A stretch of DNA of 64,000 bases. Origin: a virus (Duplodnaviria; Caudoviricetes). The stretch spans positions 13,337 through 77,336 of IMG/VR virus record IMGVR_UViG_3300028805_000096; one strand, given 5' to 3'. Below, one piece after another: positions 12,927 through 23,334 of this stretch. Position numbers and translations under genes: made by a program. The notes beneath the pieces were generated by a model. It was not told where the DNA came from and did not search any database. It saw nothing but the letters and a program-made list of their open reading frames with translations. Numbering within the stretch: position 1 is the stretch's first letter; every line of letters begins with the position of its first letter.

Positions 12927-13790
12927 TTATTTATAAAGTAAATCTACATTTGAAATTACTTTATCTAAGAATTTCTTAGTGAATTTATTAGTTCACTGAT
13001 TAGATATATCAAAGTTAAAGTCATTCATTCATAATCTTAATGGCGTGTGAGCTACCATAGGATACTCTCTCATATTTATGTTGCTTTCATATCCATATCT
13101 CTCTGCATCCGTCCCAGCCCATACTACTAATGCTTTTCTTCCAAAAGCCTTTGAGCAATGATGTAAAGAACTATCACATCATACAACTGGGTATCTAGCT
13201 GTTAGGGATACAACTAATCTTAAATCTGGAGTATCGCACATTTGACAATTCTTTAACACTGGTTGACTTCATTGTTTAATAACCTCATATAGAGTATAAC
13301 CTTTCTTTGTTAGTTCATCTGCTATATACTGTGCTGCATCAACTGGTATAGAACGATAACTCTTATCAGCTCAGTTTAATCACATTGTACTTCAGAATGG
13401 TTGATATAGAATAGGCTTCTCTCATTGTAGGAAATTGGACATCTTTTCGTGTTCTGCTAAGAATAAACAAGGTTGTGGAATAGTATCTCACTCTATACCT
13501 AATTGTTTCTTAGCAATATATAACCAGTTCTTAGCATCATTAAAGAACTCTGGGTCAGTATAAGGTTCAAGCTCTATATAATCATTCCCTTTGATTACAT
13601 CCTCAAATAAACGCCTATCATCTAATCAATGTACAGATTTGATGTAAGGGTTTCATCGGAATACTAGAGGTCGTGATGTAACAACTTTTACTGGTCTTTT
13701 CTTTGCCACCTCCGATATAGCACCAGTCATTGCTACCACTCTACCAAGTCATCAGTCAATTCTAACGACTAAAGTTTTTTGTTCTGTCAT
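12927..13790 (-). CDS. GT9-like (heptosyltransferase-like) glycosyltransferase
   Basis: N-terminal RIDGGLGRVVAMTGAI and C-terminal VGCDSSLHHCSKAFGRKALVVWAGT motifs, 287 aa. Confidence 0.7.
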
Positions 13791-13812
13791 ATTATATTTA
13801 TTAAGGAATAAA

Positions 13813-13938
13813 TTATTTATTATGCTCTTTTCTTCGCTTGTCTTGTTGTTCTTTATAAACAATTTTACTACAAGCTAGACAATACTTTTTTGGTCATCTT
13901 CAACCTATTTCTTTTCCACATCTTTCACATTGTTTCAT
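13813..13938 (-). CDS. Small Zn-finger protein
   Basis: MKQCERCGKE...KYCLAC. Confidence 0.6.
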
Positions 13939-14072
13939 CCTTTATTTCTATTAGGCATATAAAAGTCGCATAGTATATGTGCTATTTCTCTCATCCTTTC
14001 TTTGTTCTGTTCTTCGAACTCTGAAAGGTCGTTTAGTTCTTCAACTAACTTATCTATTTCAGCTTTCTCCAT
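13905..14072 (-). CDS. Hypothetical protein
   Basis: 55-aa ORF. Confidence 0.5.
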
Positions 14073-14081
14073 TGTTATTAG

Positions 14082-14276
14082 TTAATCTCTAAACATTCTA
14101 TCTAACAACATAGGGTCATATCAATCATATTCATCAGTCTCATCATAATCACTATCTGCATATTTATCCTCTATGTCGCACATAGCATTAAATAAGCACT
14201 CTCTGCAATTCTCTATCTTAACTCACATTAAGCAGTTCTTGCATTCTTCTTCTCTTACTTTATCTAGTTTGTCCAT
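14082..14276 (-). CDS. Small Cys-containing acidic protein
   Basis: CKNC...CREC, acidic tail; preceded by the TAATCAGACTTTTAT leader. Confidence 0.55.
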
Positions 14277-14304
14277 AACCTATAAATTAAAATATAAAAG
14301 TCTG

Positions 14305-14457
14305 ATTACTTCAAGTAGCTTATCAAATCTTCAATAGGTGTATCTGATATTGATAGTAGCATTAGCAACCTATCCTCTCATCACAATTCTCAATAGTATC
14401 AGTCATCTAACTCTATTTGTAATCTGAATTCTTTAGTTTTTTGCACTCGGTCTATCT
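14305..14457. repeat. Direct repeat, copy 1 of 63848-64000
   Basis: 151/153 identical, offset 49,543 bp. Confidence 0.95.
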
Positions 14458-14677
14458 TATCATTCTCTACTAACCATTTAATAAATCAATACTCCTTACT
14501 TATAAGTCTTGGAACTTCTAAGTACCAACTCTTCCAATCTCATTCTCAATTATCATCTCGGCTCAGCACTAAATATGAAGAGTTCCACTCTGTCGCTGGC
14601 TCTATTCTATAAGTTTCAAATGGTCAACAACTACTTGTGTGTCCATATTCGTTTATAAATCTAATAAGTTTATCCAT
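14306..14677 (-). CDS. Hypothetical accessory protein 'gene X' (copy 1)
   Basis: 123-aa ORF ending LLMLLSISDTPIEDLISYLK. Its 3' end recurs at 63848-64000, and 21229-21573 is a distant relative. Confidence 0.7.
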
Positions 14678-14707
14678 TTTCTTTAGATAAATAATATAAA
14701 AGTCTGA

Positions 14708-14977
14708 TTAAATCTCTTTAATATTTTCTATAGGTATTGGCTCATACACTCTTACTTGCCAACATCAATTTTGGTAGTTATTGTATCTCCAATTCTCTCG
14801 TGGATTATACTCTACCTCTAAAACAATATCTCCATACTGCTTAGCTTCATTCTTATCTACTGCTAGATATGTACATCTACTCGGTGCATCTCTAACTCAT
14901 CGTAATTTTCATTCAGATTTTATTTTTTCTCGGTTTTCTTTAGTCGTTCAATGATAGAATTTCATTTGTCTAGTCAT
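14708..14977 (-). CDS. Small YHGT-motif protein (ADP-ribosyltransferase-like fold candidate)
   Basis: MKFYHGTTKENWEKIKSEG...TYLA, 89 aa. Confidence 0.55.
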
Positions 14978-15155
14978 TAAATATAAATCACTTATCTGTA
15001 TAGTATCAGTCTTCTGTTGAGAAGAATATAGTATATCATTTCTTCATTAGTTTAAGTCTTCTATTCTCCTCTTTAGCATTTTTCAAATCTAGTTCGTATC
15101 TTAACCTCTCATTTTCTTTTTTTAGAAGTTCTAATTCAGATTTTTCTTTTTCCAT
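14970..15155 (-). CDS. Small coiled-coil protein
   Basis: 61-aa ORF with the conserved leader. Confidence 0.55.
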
Positions 15156-15255
15156 TTCCTTTTGGTAAATAATATAAAAGTCTGATTAGTCTATACTATC
15201 AACAGTATCAATTCAGTATCAATTTTTATTTCATTGATATTGTTGGCTGTTTTTT

Positions 15256-15852
15256 TTAATTCTCGAAATAGAAACTCAACTCCTCTGGATCTATATCTAT
15301 AACCCCATCTTCATACACCTCCCCATCATTATGCTCTAACTTCACTAATCTTCATTTCTCATACCAACATAAATCTTCTACCCAATATCAATGCTTGTTC
15401 TCATGACTATATTTAAATACTTTCTTCTTTAATACAATTTTTCACGTGTATTCCATGATATTTCAATTCCATTCCCTCTTATCTCCACCTCTCATAAATT
15501 GTTGCTTCTCCTCTTTAGGTTCCGATAAAAATTTCCCAGCCGCTATCTCCCTTAACTTATCCATATTCGGTTTCCCCGATTCCATCTTCTCTTGAATAGG
15601 TTCTCTGTTCGGTGTCTCCTTTAACCTCTTATTCTCTTCCTCTAACTCTGCTATCCTTTTCTCTTGTTTCGCTACCTTTTCCTTTAACTCCTCTACCTCC
15701 GCCTCTACTCCTGTTTGGACTAGCCTATATCATTCATCTACTACCTCTAACTCCCCTCTCTGCTTCATCCTATCCAATAACCTCGTATCTTTCGGATTCT
15801 TCCCGAGATATTCTAGTACCTCTTTTTTACTCTGAAAAATTTTTTCTGACAT
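15256..15852 (-). CDS. Hypothetical protein with possible N-terminal DNA-binding region and coiled coil
   Basis: 198-aa ORF with TGA=G: SKKEVLEYLGKNPKDTRLLDRM...EVEELKEKVAKQEKRIAELEEENKRLKE. Confidence 0.65.
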
Positions 15853-16049
15853 CTTTTTTGATTTGTTAGTTCTAAAGCCTTATGATGATATCATATCAAC
15901 TCTTTTATATCTTTTATCTGCTGCATTGCAAGCCGAAAGTTGATATTATGTCAACCGAGAGGCGTTGATTTTCATTTTTTTACAAATTTTTGGTAGCCAC
16001 TATGGCATACCGTTTCCGCCTTTCTCAATTTCTTTGTTAGCGAAGATTT

Positions 16050-16850
16050 GGTTTCAGAAAGATTGCTTTAGCTTTGTGTTTTCTGTGTTTTTGCTGTGTG
16101 TTTTGCAGACAGTTTTCTGTTTCTTTTGTTGCTACCCCTCCCCTTTTGGTTGACATTGTGTCATCTTCGCAGTTCTCCCCTTGCTTCTGGTGTGTTGTGC
16201 CACCTCCGCTGTTGTGTGTGTCACATTTGCACCGTGCTTGCGGTTGTACCTGGTGTTTTGCTGTGCTGTGCTGGTGCTTTTTGAGGTAGTGCTGTCGGTT
16301 TTTCTGTATTTTCTTCCTCTGTTGCCTCTGTGGTGTTGAGTTTTCCCAGTTCTCGTGGTGTGTGGTTGGTGTGTCCTGGTTTTGTGGTCTGTTGGGTGTT
16401 GTGTGGTGGGTGTGTGTCGTGCTGTGTGCTGTTCGTGTTGTCTCTGTTGTGTATTGTTTTGGTTTGGTTGTTTGGTTGTGTGGCTCTGTCCGAGATTTTG
16501 TGGTGTTGTTGCTTCGTGTGTGTCTCGTGTTGCTGGTGTGTGTTGGTGTTGTTGTTCTTCTGTCTCTGTTGGTTCTGTTTTGTTTTGGGTTGTCCGCTGT
16601 TTTGTGGTCCTCCTGGTTGCTGTTCGTCTTCTGGTTGGTTGTCGTGGTTGTGTTGCTCTGTCCGCTTTTTTGCTCCTGGTATGTTTTGCTCCTCCTGGTT
16701 GGTTCATGTTGTTGTTTTTGGTGGTAGGTCTTCTGGTGTTGCTCTCTCCGCTGTTTTGTGTGGGTTCGTGTCGTTTTGTCACGATCTGGTTCTTAACGCA
16801 GAATGCCACCCTGGTTGGGTGGCTGTGTGGTGTTGCCTGTGCGTACTTGT
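16050..16850. other. Adenine-depleted (T/G-rich) tract, probably non-coding
   Basis: About 8 A in 16321-16740 and none in 16496-16680. Contains recurring short motifs. Confidence 0.85.
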
Positions 16851-16853
16851 GAA

Positions 16854-17165
16854 TTAGTCTAGGGTTCTTGGTCGGTTTCTGTCGTTTTCTCCGTATCTGT
16901 CGTGGAGGTAGCTGAGTTGTGCTTCCGCTCTTCTTGCGTTTTGCTCTCTCTTCTGAATGTTGCTGTCTTTTCTCAGGCTTTTTTCTCGTCCCGTTTTTAT
17001 CTCGATCCGCATCTCTTCCTCCGTCTTGCTTTTTTTTGGTCGGGAGTTTGCGTAGATGGTTGGTCCGTCTTCTCTTCTTACTTCCCCTAGCCAGTACTCT
17101 TCTGGGCTACTTGGGTAGATTTTGGTTGTGAGTGTTGCGGTGAACTCTCCTCGTTGTTTTGTCAT
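16854..17165 (-). CDS. Early hypothetical protein
   Basis: 103-aa ORF with AACCAAACAACAACC-ATG leader. Confidence 0.7.
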   Translation of the reverse strand: MTKQRGEFTATLTTKIYPSSPEEYWLGEVRREDGPTIYANSRPKKSKTEEEMRIEIKTGREKSLRKDSNIQKREQNARRAEAQLSYLHDRYGENDRNRPRTLD

Positions 17166-17287
17166 GGTTGTTGTTTGGTTATGGCTAAATGTTTGGCTTG
17201 CAGGAGCTGTGTGTGGTAGGTTGCTCCTGCTTGCTTGTCTGTATCTTATCCCTTTTTTGGTTTTTTTGTACCGTTTTTTTGAATTAT

Positions 17288-17307
17288 GGTATAACCATTG
17301 GTTATCA
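17288..17307. promoter_or_regulatory. Palindromic operator copy 1
   Basis: GGTATAACCATTGGTTATCA, matching the consensus G[AC]TAAC-N5-GTTA[TG]C seen at four other sites (one mismatch). Confidence 0.6.
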
Positions 17308-17568
17308 GAGTTTTCTTCTGATTCGTCCCAGCAGTCCCTCGTTTGCTCGGTGTTTCTGCTGTACTACTTCCCTTTGCAGGTGTTGGACTTGCTCCTGGAG
17401 GTCTTGTATGGTCTCTGCTACTTGATCGGGGTTCTTCTCCCTCTGCATTTCTGTTTCCATGTACCCTGCGACCTTGTGAGCTCGTTTCTCTCTGTCCAGC
17501 GGTATGTGCTTGCAGGTGGCTATGGCTCTTGTTACCCGTCGTTTCACTATCTCGTCGTGGTTCATCAT
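17302..17568 (-). CDS. Early hypothetical coiled-coil protein
   Basis: Track ORF extended by TGA=G to TAA. Confidence 0.65.
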
Positions 17569-17581
17569 TGTGTGCTCTGGA

Positions 17582-17776
17582 TTATTCGTAAAAGTTCTTG
17601 GCTTCGTATACCGCCTGTTGGAGTTCTTGTACTGCTCCGCTTATTTTGTAGTAGAAATCTTTTGCTACCTCGTCCTGCTGGTTCTCCATTTTGTCCTCCA
17701 GCATCTCCATTGTCTGGATTAGCGTTGTTGTTTCTTCCTCTCCTAGGTACGCTTCCAGTTGCTCTAGTTTGTTCAT
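17582..17776 (-). CDS. Early hypothetical protein
   Basis: 64 aa, conserved leader. Confidence 0.7.
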   Translation of the reverse strand: MNKLEQLEAYLGEEETTTLIQTMEMLEDKMENQQDEVAKDFYYKISGAVQELQQAVYEAKNFYE

Positions 17777-17797
17777 GGTTGTTGTTTGGTTTATATA

Positions 17798-18067
17798 CTA
17801 AAAGTCTCTAATTGTGTTCAAAATGTTCTCCTGCATTTCGTCTGCGTAATCTCCTATTTTCGTGTCGATATGTTCTCGTGCTTCTTGTTGGGTTAGGTGT
17901 TCTCCTGTCTCTTCGTTGTCCCGTGTTCACTCTTCCCATCCGTTTCTAGGTGGGTAGAATGTTCGGTGTTCTTCGAAGTCCATTATGGCTTTTTGCCTCA
18001 TGGTTCTTTCAATTTCTTTCATGAGATTCTGTAATCTCCCTTGCTTGTATTGGTCTGTGATTTGCAT
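17798..18067 (-). CDS. Early hypothetical acidic protein
   Basis: 89 aa with TGA=G, conserved leader. Confidence 0.7.
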
Positions 18068-18089
18068 GGCTGTTGTTTGGTTAATGTTA

Positions 18090-18329
18090 CTAAAAGTCGT
18101 CATCGTCCAGGAGTCCTTGCTCCCTTACTATCCTGATGATGTTTGCTAAGCTGAGCCACTCGTGGTTTATGTAGCATCAGCTGGTGAAGTCGTAGGAGTT
18201 CTCCTTGTCGAAGTAGATTTCTTCCTCTGTTCTTTCGTCTGTGTCGTCTCCGTTGTCTCCCTGTTCTGGGTAGTCTATCCCGTATGCGTCGCAGAGAGCT
18301 TCGACTAGTGCTTTTTCTTTTTCTGTCAT
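18090..18329 (-). CDS. Early hypothetical acidic protein
   Basis: 79 aa with TGA=G, conserved leader. Confidence 0.7.
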
Positions 18330-18434
18330 GTTGTTGTTTGTATAGAATATAAATGTTGTTGCTTGGGTTTCTTCCCCTTGCTTGATTGTATGTTATTTAT
18401 TTTTTGTGTTTTTGTTAGTTCTTGTTTGCATTTT

Positions 18435-18453
18435 CCGCTAACCTTTAGTTAGC
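18435..18453. promoter_or_regulatory. Palindromic operator copy 2
   Basis: CCGCTAACCTTTAGTTAGC. Confidence 0.65.
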
Positions 18454-18658
18454 AGAGTCCGATCGTTTTTTCTAAGATTTTTATTGTGTTCTCTATGTCG
18501 TTGTATAGTCTTCCGTATGCGTCTAGGATGTAGTTTCTTCCGTCGATTTTCTTCCAGGTGTATCTGTGTTCTGGGAGGTAGTACTCATTGCATTGTTTGA
18601 GTCTTCTCTTCATTCTTCTCTCTCGGTTTTTGTCGTTTGTTAGTTTGTTGTTTGCCAT
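18449..18658 (-). CDS. Early hypothetical basic protein
   Basis: 69 aa, conserved leader. Confidence 0.7.
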   Translation of the reverse strand: MANNKLTNDKNRERRMKRRLKQCNEYYLPEHRYTWKKIDGRNYILDAYGRLYNDIENTIKILEKTIGLC

Positions 18659-18705
18659 GTTGTTGTTTGGTTAATTAATAAATGTTGTGTGGTTTTGGTG
18701 CCTCC

Positions 18706-19071
18706 CTAGAATGGGAGGTCACCGTATTTTTCTAGTCTGTCTTCCTCGTCTGTTGCTGTTTCTGCTATTCTCTGTTCTAGTTCTCGGTTGTTTATGTCGT
18801 AGTAGCGTTTTGTTGTTTTCCCTACTGTTATTTCCGTAATGCTTCTTTCGTATCCGTCTTCCTCTATTCGTGCTTCCTTAATTTGTGCTATGGCTGGTTT
18901 TCCGTTTACCTCTGTTTCTGCTTCCTTGATCCAGCCTTGTGTTTTTGTTATTGTCTTCTGGTTCTTTACTGTTCTTTTTTTTTCGTCTTCTCTAATTAAT
19001 TTGTTTGTTGTTTTTGTTAGGATGTTTGCTAGGTTGTCTCGACCTTGCTGTTCTTTTTTTGTGTCCACCAT
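18706..19071 (-). CDS. Early hypothetical protein with SSB-like acidic DLPF tail
   Basis: 121 aa ending EEDRLEKYGDLPF. Confidence 0.65.
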   Translation of the reverse strand: MVDTKKEQQGRDNLANILTKTTNKLIREDEKKRTVKNQKTITKTQGWIKEAETEVNGKPAIAQIKEARIEEDGYERSITEITVGKTTKRYYDINNRELEQRIAETATDEEDRLEKYGDLPF

Positions 19072-19210
19072 GTTGTTGTTTGGTAATAATCTAAAGGTTG
19101 CTTGCAGGGGTGTGTGGTTGAACCTTATGTTGTGTGTGGTAGGTTCTCCCTGCTTGCTTGCCTTTTATATATCTAAGATTTGCGATTTTCCTACTGTTTT
19201 TTTGAATTTT

Positions 19211-19230
19211 GTGATAACTTTTGGTTATCA
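19211..19230. promoter_or_regulatory. Palindromic operator copy 3
   Basis: GTGATAACTTTTGGTTATCA (TGATAAC/GTTATCA inverted repeat). Confidence 0.7.
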
Positions 19231-19380
19231 GGTAATTTAATATTTTTCTTGAAATTTCCGTCGTATTATTTATTTTGTATTTGTCCACAAAAATCATTTG
19301 AATTTTCTAAGTTCGTCGGTGGACGGACGAGTGATTAGTGGACACAGCCTGTGGGTTATGGCTGAAATGATGTTTGGCAG

Positions 19381-19411
19381 GACGGACGCTTCGGCGTTCG
19401 TTTTTCTTTTT
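19381..19411 (+). terminator. Intrinsic terminator-like hairpin on the + strand
   Basis: GACGGACGC-TTCG-GCGTTCGTT followed by a T-run. Confidence 0.6.
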
Positions 19412-19469
19412 GAAAAAAGGAGGAAGCATTGCGTCTCCACGTTTATGCTTTACCCTCCCCCGTAATAAA

Positions 19470-19646
19470 TTAAGTGATCTCGGGCTGTTTGTGTTTGGCA
19501 CGCTCCCCTCCAAGTAGTTGTATCATCCCCTCCTTTTTCTCCTGGAGCTTTTTCTTCTCCTCTTCGGATAGGTCGTCGGGTATGTTAAGTATTCGGATCT
19601 GATATCCCTCACCTTTATGTACTCGTTCTGTGTATTTCTTCGGCAT
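19470..19646 (-). CDS. Hypothetical protein
   Basis: 58-aa ORF MPKKYTEWVHKG... Confidence 0.55.
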   Translation of the reverse strand: MPKKYTERVHKGEGYQIRILNIPDDLSEEEKKKLQEKKEGMIQLLGGERAKHKQPEIT

Positions 19647-19725
19647 TTTACTTGGTTATTGACTAAATCTAGTTTTTATATAAGGATTTGTACTGTTAAT
19701 TTCTATTCTATTTTTGTATTTTACG

Positions 19726-20394
19726 CTATCTATTAGTTATCACATGGACTCTTTTATTGTTTTGTTGTTCTTTTATCGTCGCTCGCCTACAATTTTCTTT
19801 GCAGTAGTGTCCGTTTACATCTATTCTATCTATGGTAGTTTGTTTCTCTCCGAATTCTTTTACATGTTTTTCATATGCTTCCCCCATATCGTGTTTGAAT
19901 TCTTCGAAGTTTCTTCGGAAGCATTTTATTCATCTGTCGTAGTAGTTTTTCTTGCCTGCATGTCATTTTACTCTTCCCTGGATATCTAGCCGTATGGTGT
20001 AGAGTCTCATCTTTCTTGTTGGCTGATCGTATTTTCTAAATGTTTTCATTTTTTCTTGGAAATAGCATCAGCATGATACTGGATGTCAATTTGCGAGATT
20101 TGTGAGATTGCATACTGTTATTTTTCAGCAGTCGCATTTTGCTTGTACCATTCTTCTCCCATTTTTCTTTTCCACTTCTTTGATGATGGTTAGGTGTCCG
20201 TATCTCTTACCTATTATATCTTTATGGACCATGTTCGTACATCCACAACTTTTAGAGATTCATTTTATAACGTGGTATGCTCTTGTTTCAATAATTCTTC
20301 AGCATTTGTTGCATTTGCACATTAGTCGTTGATGGTATCAGACTTTTTTTCACAGTCACACTATTGTATATCCTCCATGTATTTCTCCTATCAT
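19726..20394 (-). CDS. Phage HNH-type endonuclease-like protein
   Basis: Two W.CKC/CDCG repeats, LYTI[CGG=W], RGIKC, TIDRIDVNGHYCKENCR[CGA=W]AT. Confidence 0.85.
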
Positions 20395-20410
20395 GGATTC
20401 ATAGTTGTTT

Positions 20411-20929
20411 TTAATTCATCTCATTTTCTAGGATAGGTTTTATAAAATCATACCGATCGCATATGTGGGTTTGATATCGCACGATGTTATATTTTACCAA
20501 TCCGTTGTCGTTTCGGTATATTTCTTCCATCTCTGGTCAAACCTTTTTATCCATATACATCTTGTAGTTTCTATAATTACCATTTTTTATCACATTGCAA
20601 GTATAACATTGAGGAAAGACCTGGTTTTCATCAAATCTATATTTCAGGCATCCTCTGGATCTGTAATGTCATGCCTGCATGTGTCTTCGGTAGTCTTCTG
20701 CGTTGCATGTGACGCATTTACAGCATCTAATTCAGTTTTTGATGTAGCTGTTCTTTATTCTAACGTACATTGAGAAAAAGCAGTCTGCCACGTCTCTCCG
20801 TGACAGCTTGTCTTTTTTCTTTGCTTTTACGTATGATAGGATTCTGATCCGTTCCTCTATATTATCTGGAATTGTCTTCTTTGTGAATAGTTTTTCATAT
20901 TCCAGGATTTTTTCCTGTGGTGTTTTCAT
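20411..20929 (-). CDS. ninG: NinG/Rap-like recombination nuclease
   Basis: CCKCVTC, MQAGHYRSRG, RFDENQVFPQCYTCN. Confidence 0.8.
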
Positions 20930-21191
20930 AGTATGGTTTTGTTGGGAATATAAATTTGTTGGCGTACTCTTCCACGTATCCTGACCGTGTGTTTAGCAAC
21001 TTACTGGAGTTGATATGGTCTGCGTGATATAGTGCGTCTCCTAGACATTTTACGAAGCTCCCTCCGTATGTGCAGAATGCGTCAGCTATTTCTGTTTTGT
21101 GTATCCTATGCTCTTTGTCAGTTGCTGGAACTCACTCTGCGAATATTGCGTACTCTGTCAGTCATTCGTACCTTACAAATGTGTATTGCAT
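20862..21191 (-). CDS. Hypothetical protein
   Basis: YGGSFVKCLGDALYHAD...NT[CGG=W]SGYVEEY, 109 aa. Confidence 0.65.
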
Positions 21192-21228
21192 GTTTATTTA
21201 TTATGGGTTAAATTATTTACGTTTTTCA

Positions 21229-21573
21229 TTATTCTAGTACAGATTCTAAAACTTTTAGCGGCTCGTCCTCAATTGCCAACAGCATTAATAGTTTTTCAAA
21301 TGTTCTCACTTTCTCTGGGTTGTTGAATCATGATGTTTTATCGAACAGTCTGTCGCTTATTTTTAGTATGTCTACCTTTTTATTAGTCACGAGTCGAAGT
21401 ATGAATCATTCTTCTTTACTTATTATTCTACTTTCCTGTACGACTCAGCTATCACCTCAAATTGCTGGGTGTAAACATTTTATGTGTATGCTGTTGTACT
21501 CATAATAATATTCGAACATTCAAGGCAGCATTGAGTTTACTCGTTCGTTGAGTAGTGTTATAATTTTTTCCAT
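21229..21573 (-). CDS. Hypothetical protein, distant relative of gene X
   Basis: MEKIITLLNEW...SKEEGFILWLV...LLMLLAIEDEP. Confidence 0.65.
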
Positions 21574-22013
21574 TAGTATCATTCTTTGGAACTAAAATTT
21601 CATGTTATTTTTGCCTGGGACATCTCATTGATTCTCTCATCCTTTATTGCGGACGCTATCCTGATGAGTGCGTCTAGCATAGGAGTGATTTTCTTATCTA
21701 TGAGAGCCTGGTTCAGGTTGTGTATGGAGATTGGTTGCTGGAGTTTTTTGTTGATTCCCTCCGATGCTGACCTATTTGTTTTGTAATCCTCCCTTGTTAT
21801 TTCTCGCAACTCTGACCTTGCTTTTTCTATGGCGTGTGCGTTGTACGCCTGTGTTTCGTTTATCTTTGCTAATTCTATGTTGATATAGAATATTGCTTTC
21901 TGGAGTTGGAACTGTTTATCATAGTCCACCATAACTTCCTCGGCTATTTTTACAGCTTTTTCTATGTACTTTGTGATTTGGTCTAGTGGCAGTTCCTGTA
22001 TCTGTACGTCCAT
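21573..22013 (-). CDS. Hypothetical coiled-coil protein
   Basis: Track ORF extended through TGA to TAA. Confidence 0.7.
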
Positions 22014-22167
22014 GTTTTCGGTAGTCTTCGAAATAAAATTGAAGCGGTCTGCTTATCGCTCATTGGAGCTCTGCGTCCACGAATCTGATACACGTGTCAC
22101 ATCGCAGTCTTGTTTTGTCTTTTGGATCTAGTCGCTTTCCGCATTTCCTGCATCTGTGTTCTATCAT
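21916..22167 (-). CDS. Small Zn-finger protein
   Basis: CRKCGK...WCDTC; overlaps the next gene. Confidence 0.5.
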
Positions 22168-22177
22168 CTTTGTGCTT

Positions 22178-22489
22178 CTATCTAAATAGTCCTCTTCGGA
22201 ATAGGTTGACGATTATTGTATCTGTGAGGTCCATGTCCTGATCTGTCTCTGCATTTATCACGCAGTTTATTATTGCTAGCTTTTCTACTACTCCTTGGTC
22301 TTCGTTGCGTAGCATGTCGTATAGCTTAACGATTAGTTCATCTCTGTGTTCCAGGCCTCTTCTTAGCTCTGCCAGTTCGTGTATGAATCTTCTGTGTTGT
22401 CTGTCCATGTCGTCGATCTGGTTTTCTGCGTCTCTGAGTTTTGCTCTGAGTTCTTCTATTACTTGTCCTCTTGGTGTGTAATGTGCCAT
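22178..22489 (-). CDS. Hypothetical coiled-coil protein
   Basis: Start overlaps the primase stop (TAATG). Confidence 0.7.
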   Translation of the reverse strand: MAHYTPRGQVIEELRAKLRDAENQIDDMDRQHRRFIHELAELRRGLEHRDELIVKLYDMLRNEDQGVVEKLAIINCVINAETDQDMDLTDTIIVNLFRRGLFR

Positions 22490-23334
22490 TATATTTTTCA
22501 TTTGAAATAAAGGAATGTTAGGTGTGCGTCTCCGAATTTCTCCTTTGCTATCATGAATGTTGTTCATGCTGGTCTTCACTTTCAGGAGAAGTCAGAGACT
22601 ATGTTTAGCGATCTGCTGTATTTGTATCCGTGTGTTTCTTTCCCGTGTTCCCATATACTTTCCGATCCGTGTCTTTGGTACTCTGGGAATAGGGATTCCA
22701 GCACGTCTATTGCAGAGATTGCGTTTATCTTCTCTATCGTATCGAGTGTGTCGTTACGTGTGAAGGTCTTTTTTGGTTGTGGTTTTATTTTTACGATTCT
22801 CCTTGGGAGTGCGTTCATGTTGAGCTTTCCCTGGAGTATTGCGTCATTTACATCCTTGCACCCACTGAGTGCTTCTCTTACGTCGTATAGGTGGAGTTCT
22901 GTGTATGCGATTCTCTTGATTGACTCCTCCGCTGGTTCGTCTTTGTCCACCAGGATGTACACGTCGTAGATTTTCTTCAGCATTTCTATCTCCTTGATTG
23001 CGTGGGGTAGGTTACTGACTCACTTGAGTCACATGAGGTTGTAGTTTTTTGCGTATGGAATTATGGACAGGAAGTCTATCTCTCATTCTACGATGAGTAT
23101 GTCTTTGTCCTTATCCCACCCGTTCAGGAAGAAGATTCATTTTGACCCGTGGCATGTTCTGGATTTAATTCCGTCATGGTTTTCTGGATCTATGTATCTC
23201 TCCTGTCCTCCTGTGACTCAGGCGATACTGTAGAGTGGTACGATTATGCTACATTGCGTGGTTCTACATTTTTCGTGGATGTAGTCACGGTCTAGCATTC
23301 TTCTTTTTATGTACTCCTCTACAGCATTGTTCAT
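22489..23334 (-). CDS. Toprim-domain primase-like protein
   Basis: ILIVEGEIDFLS, LVDKDEPA (DxD), GCKDVND. Confidence 0.8.

Noticed and set aside
16074-16857. Stack of overlapping Cys/Val-rich and Thr/Gln-rich ORFs in many frames
   Set aside because: Stops cannot form where A is absent. The translations have no leader and no recognisable domain.
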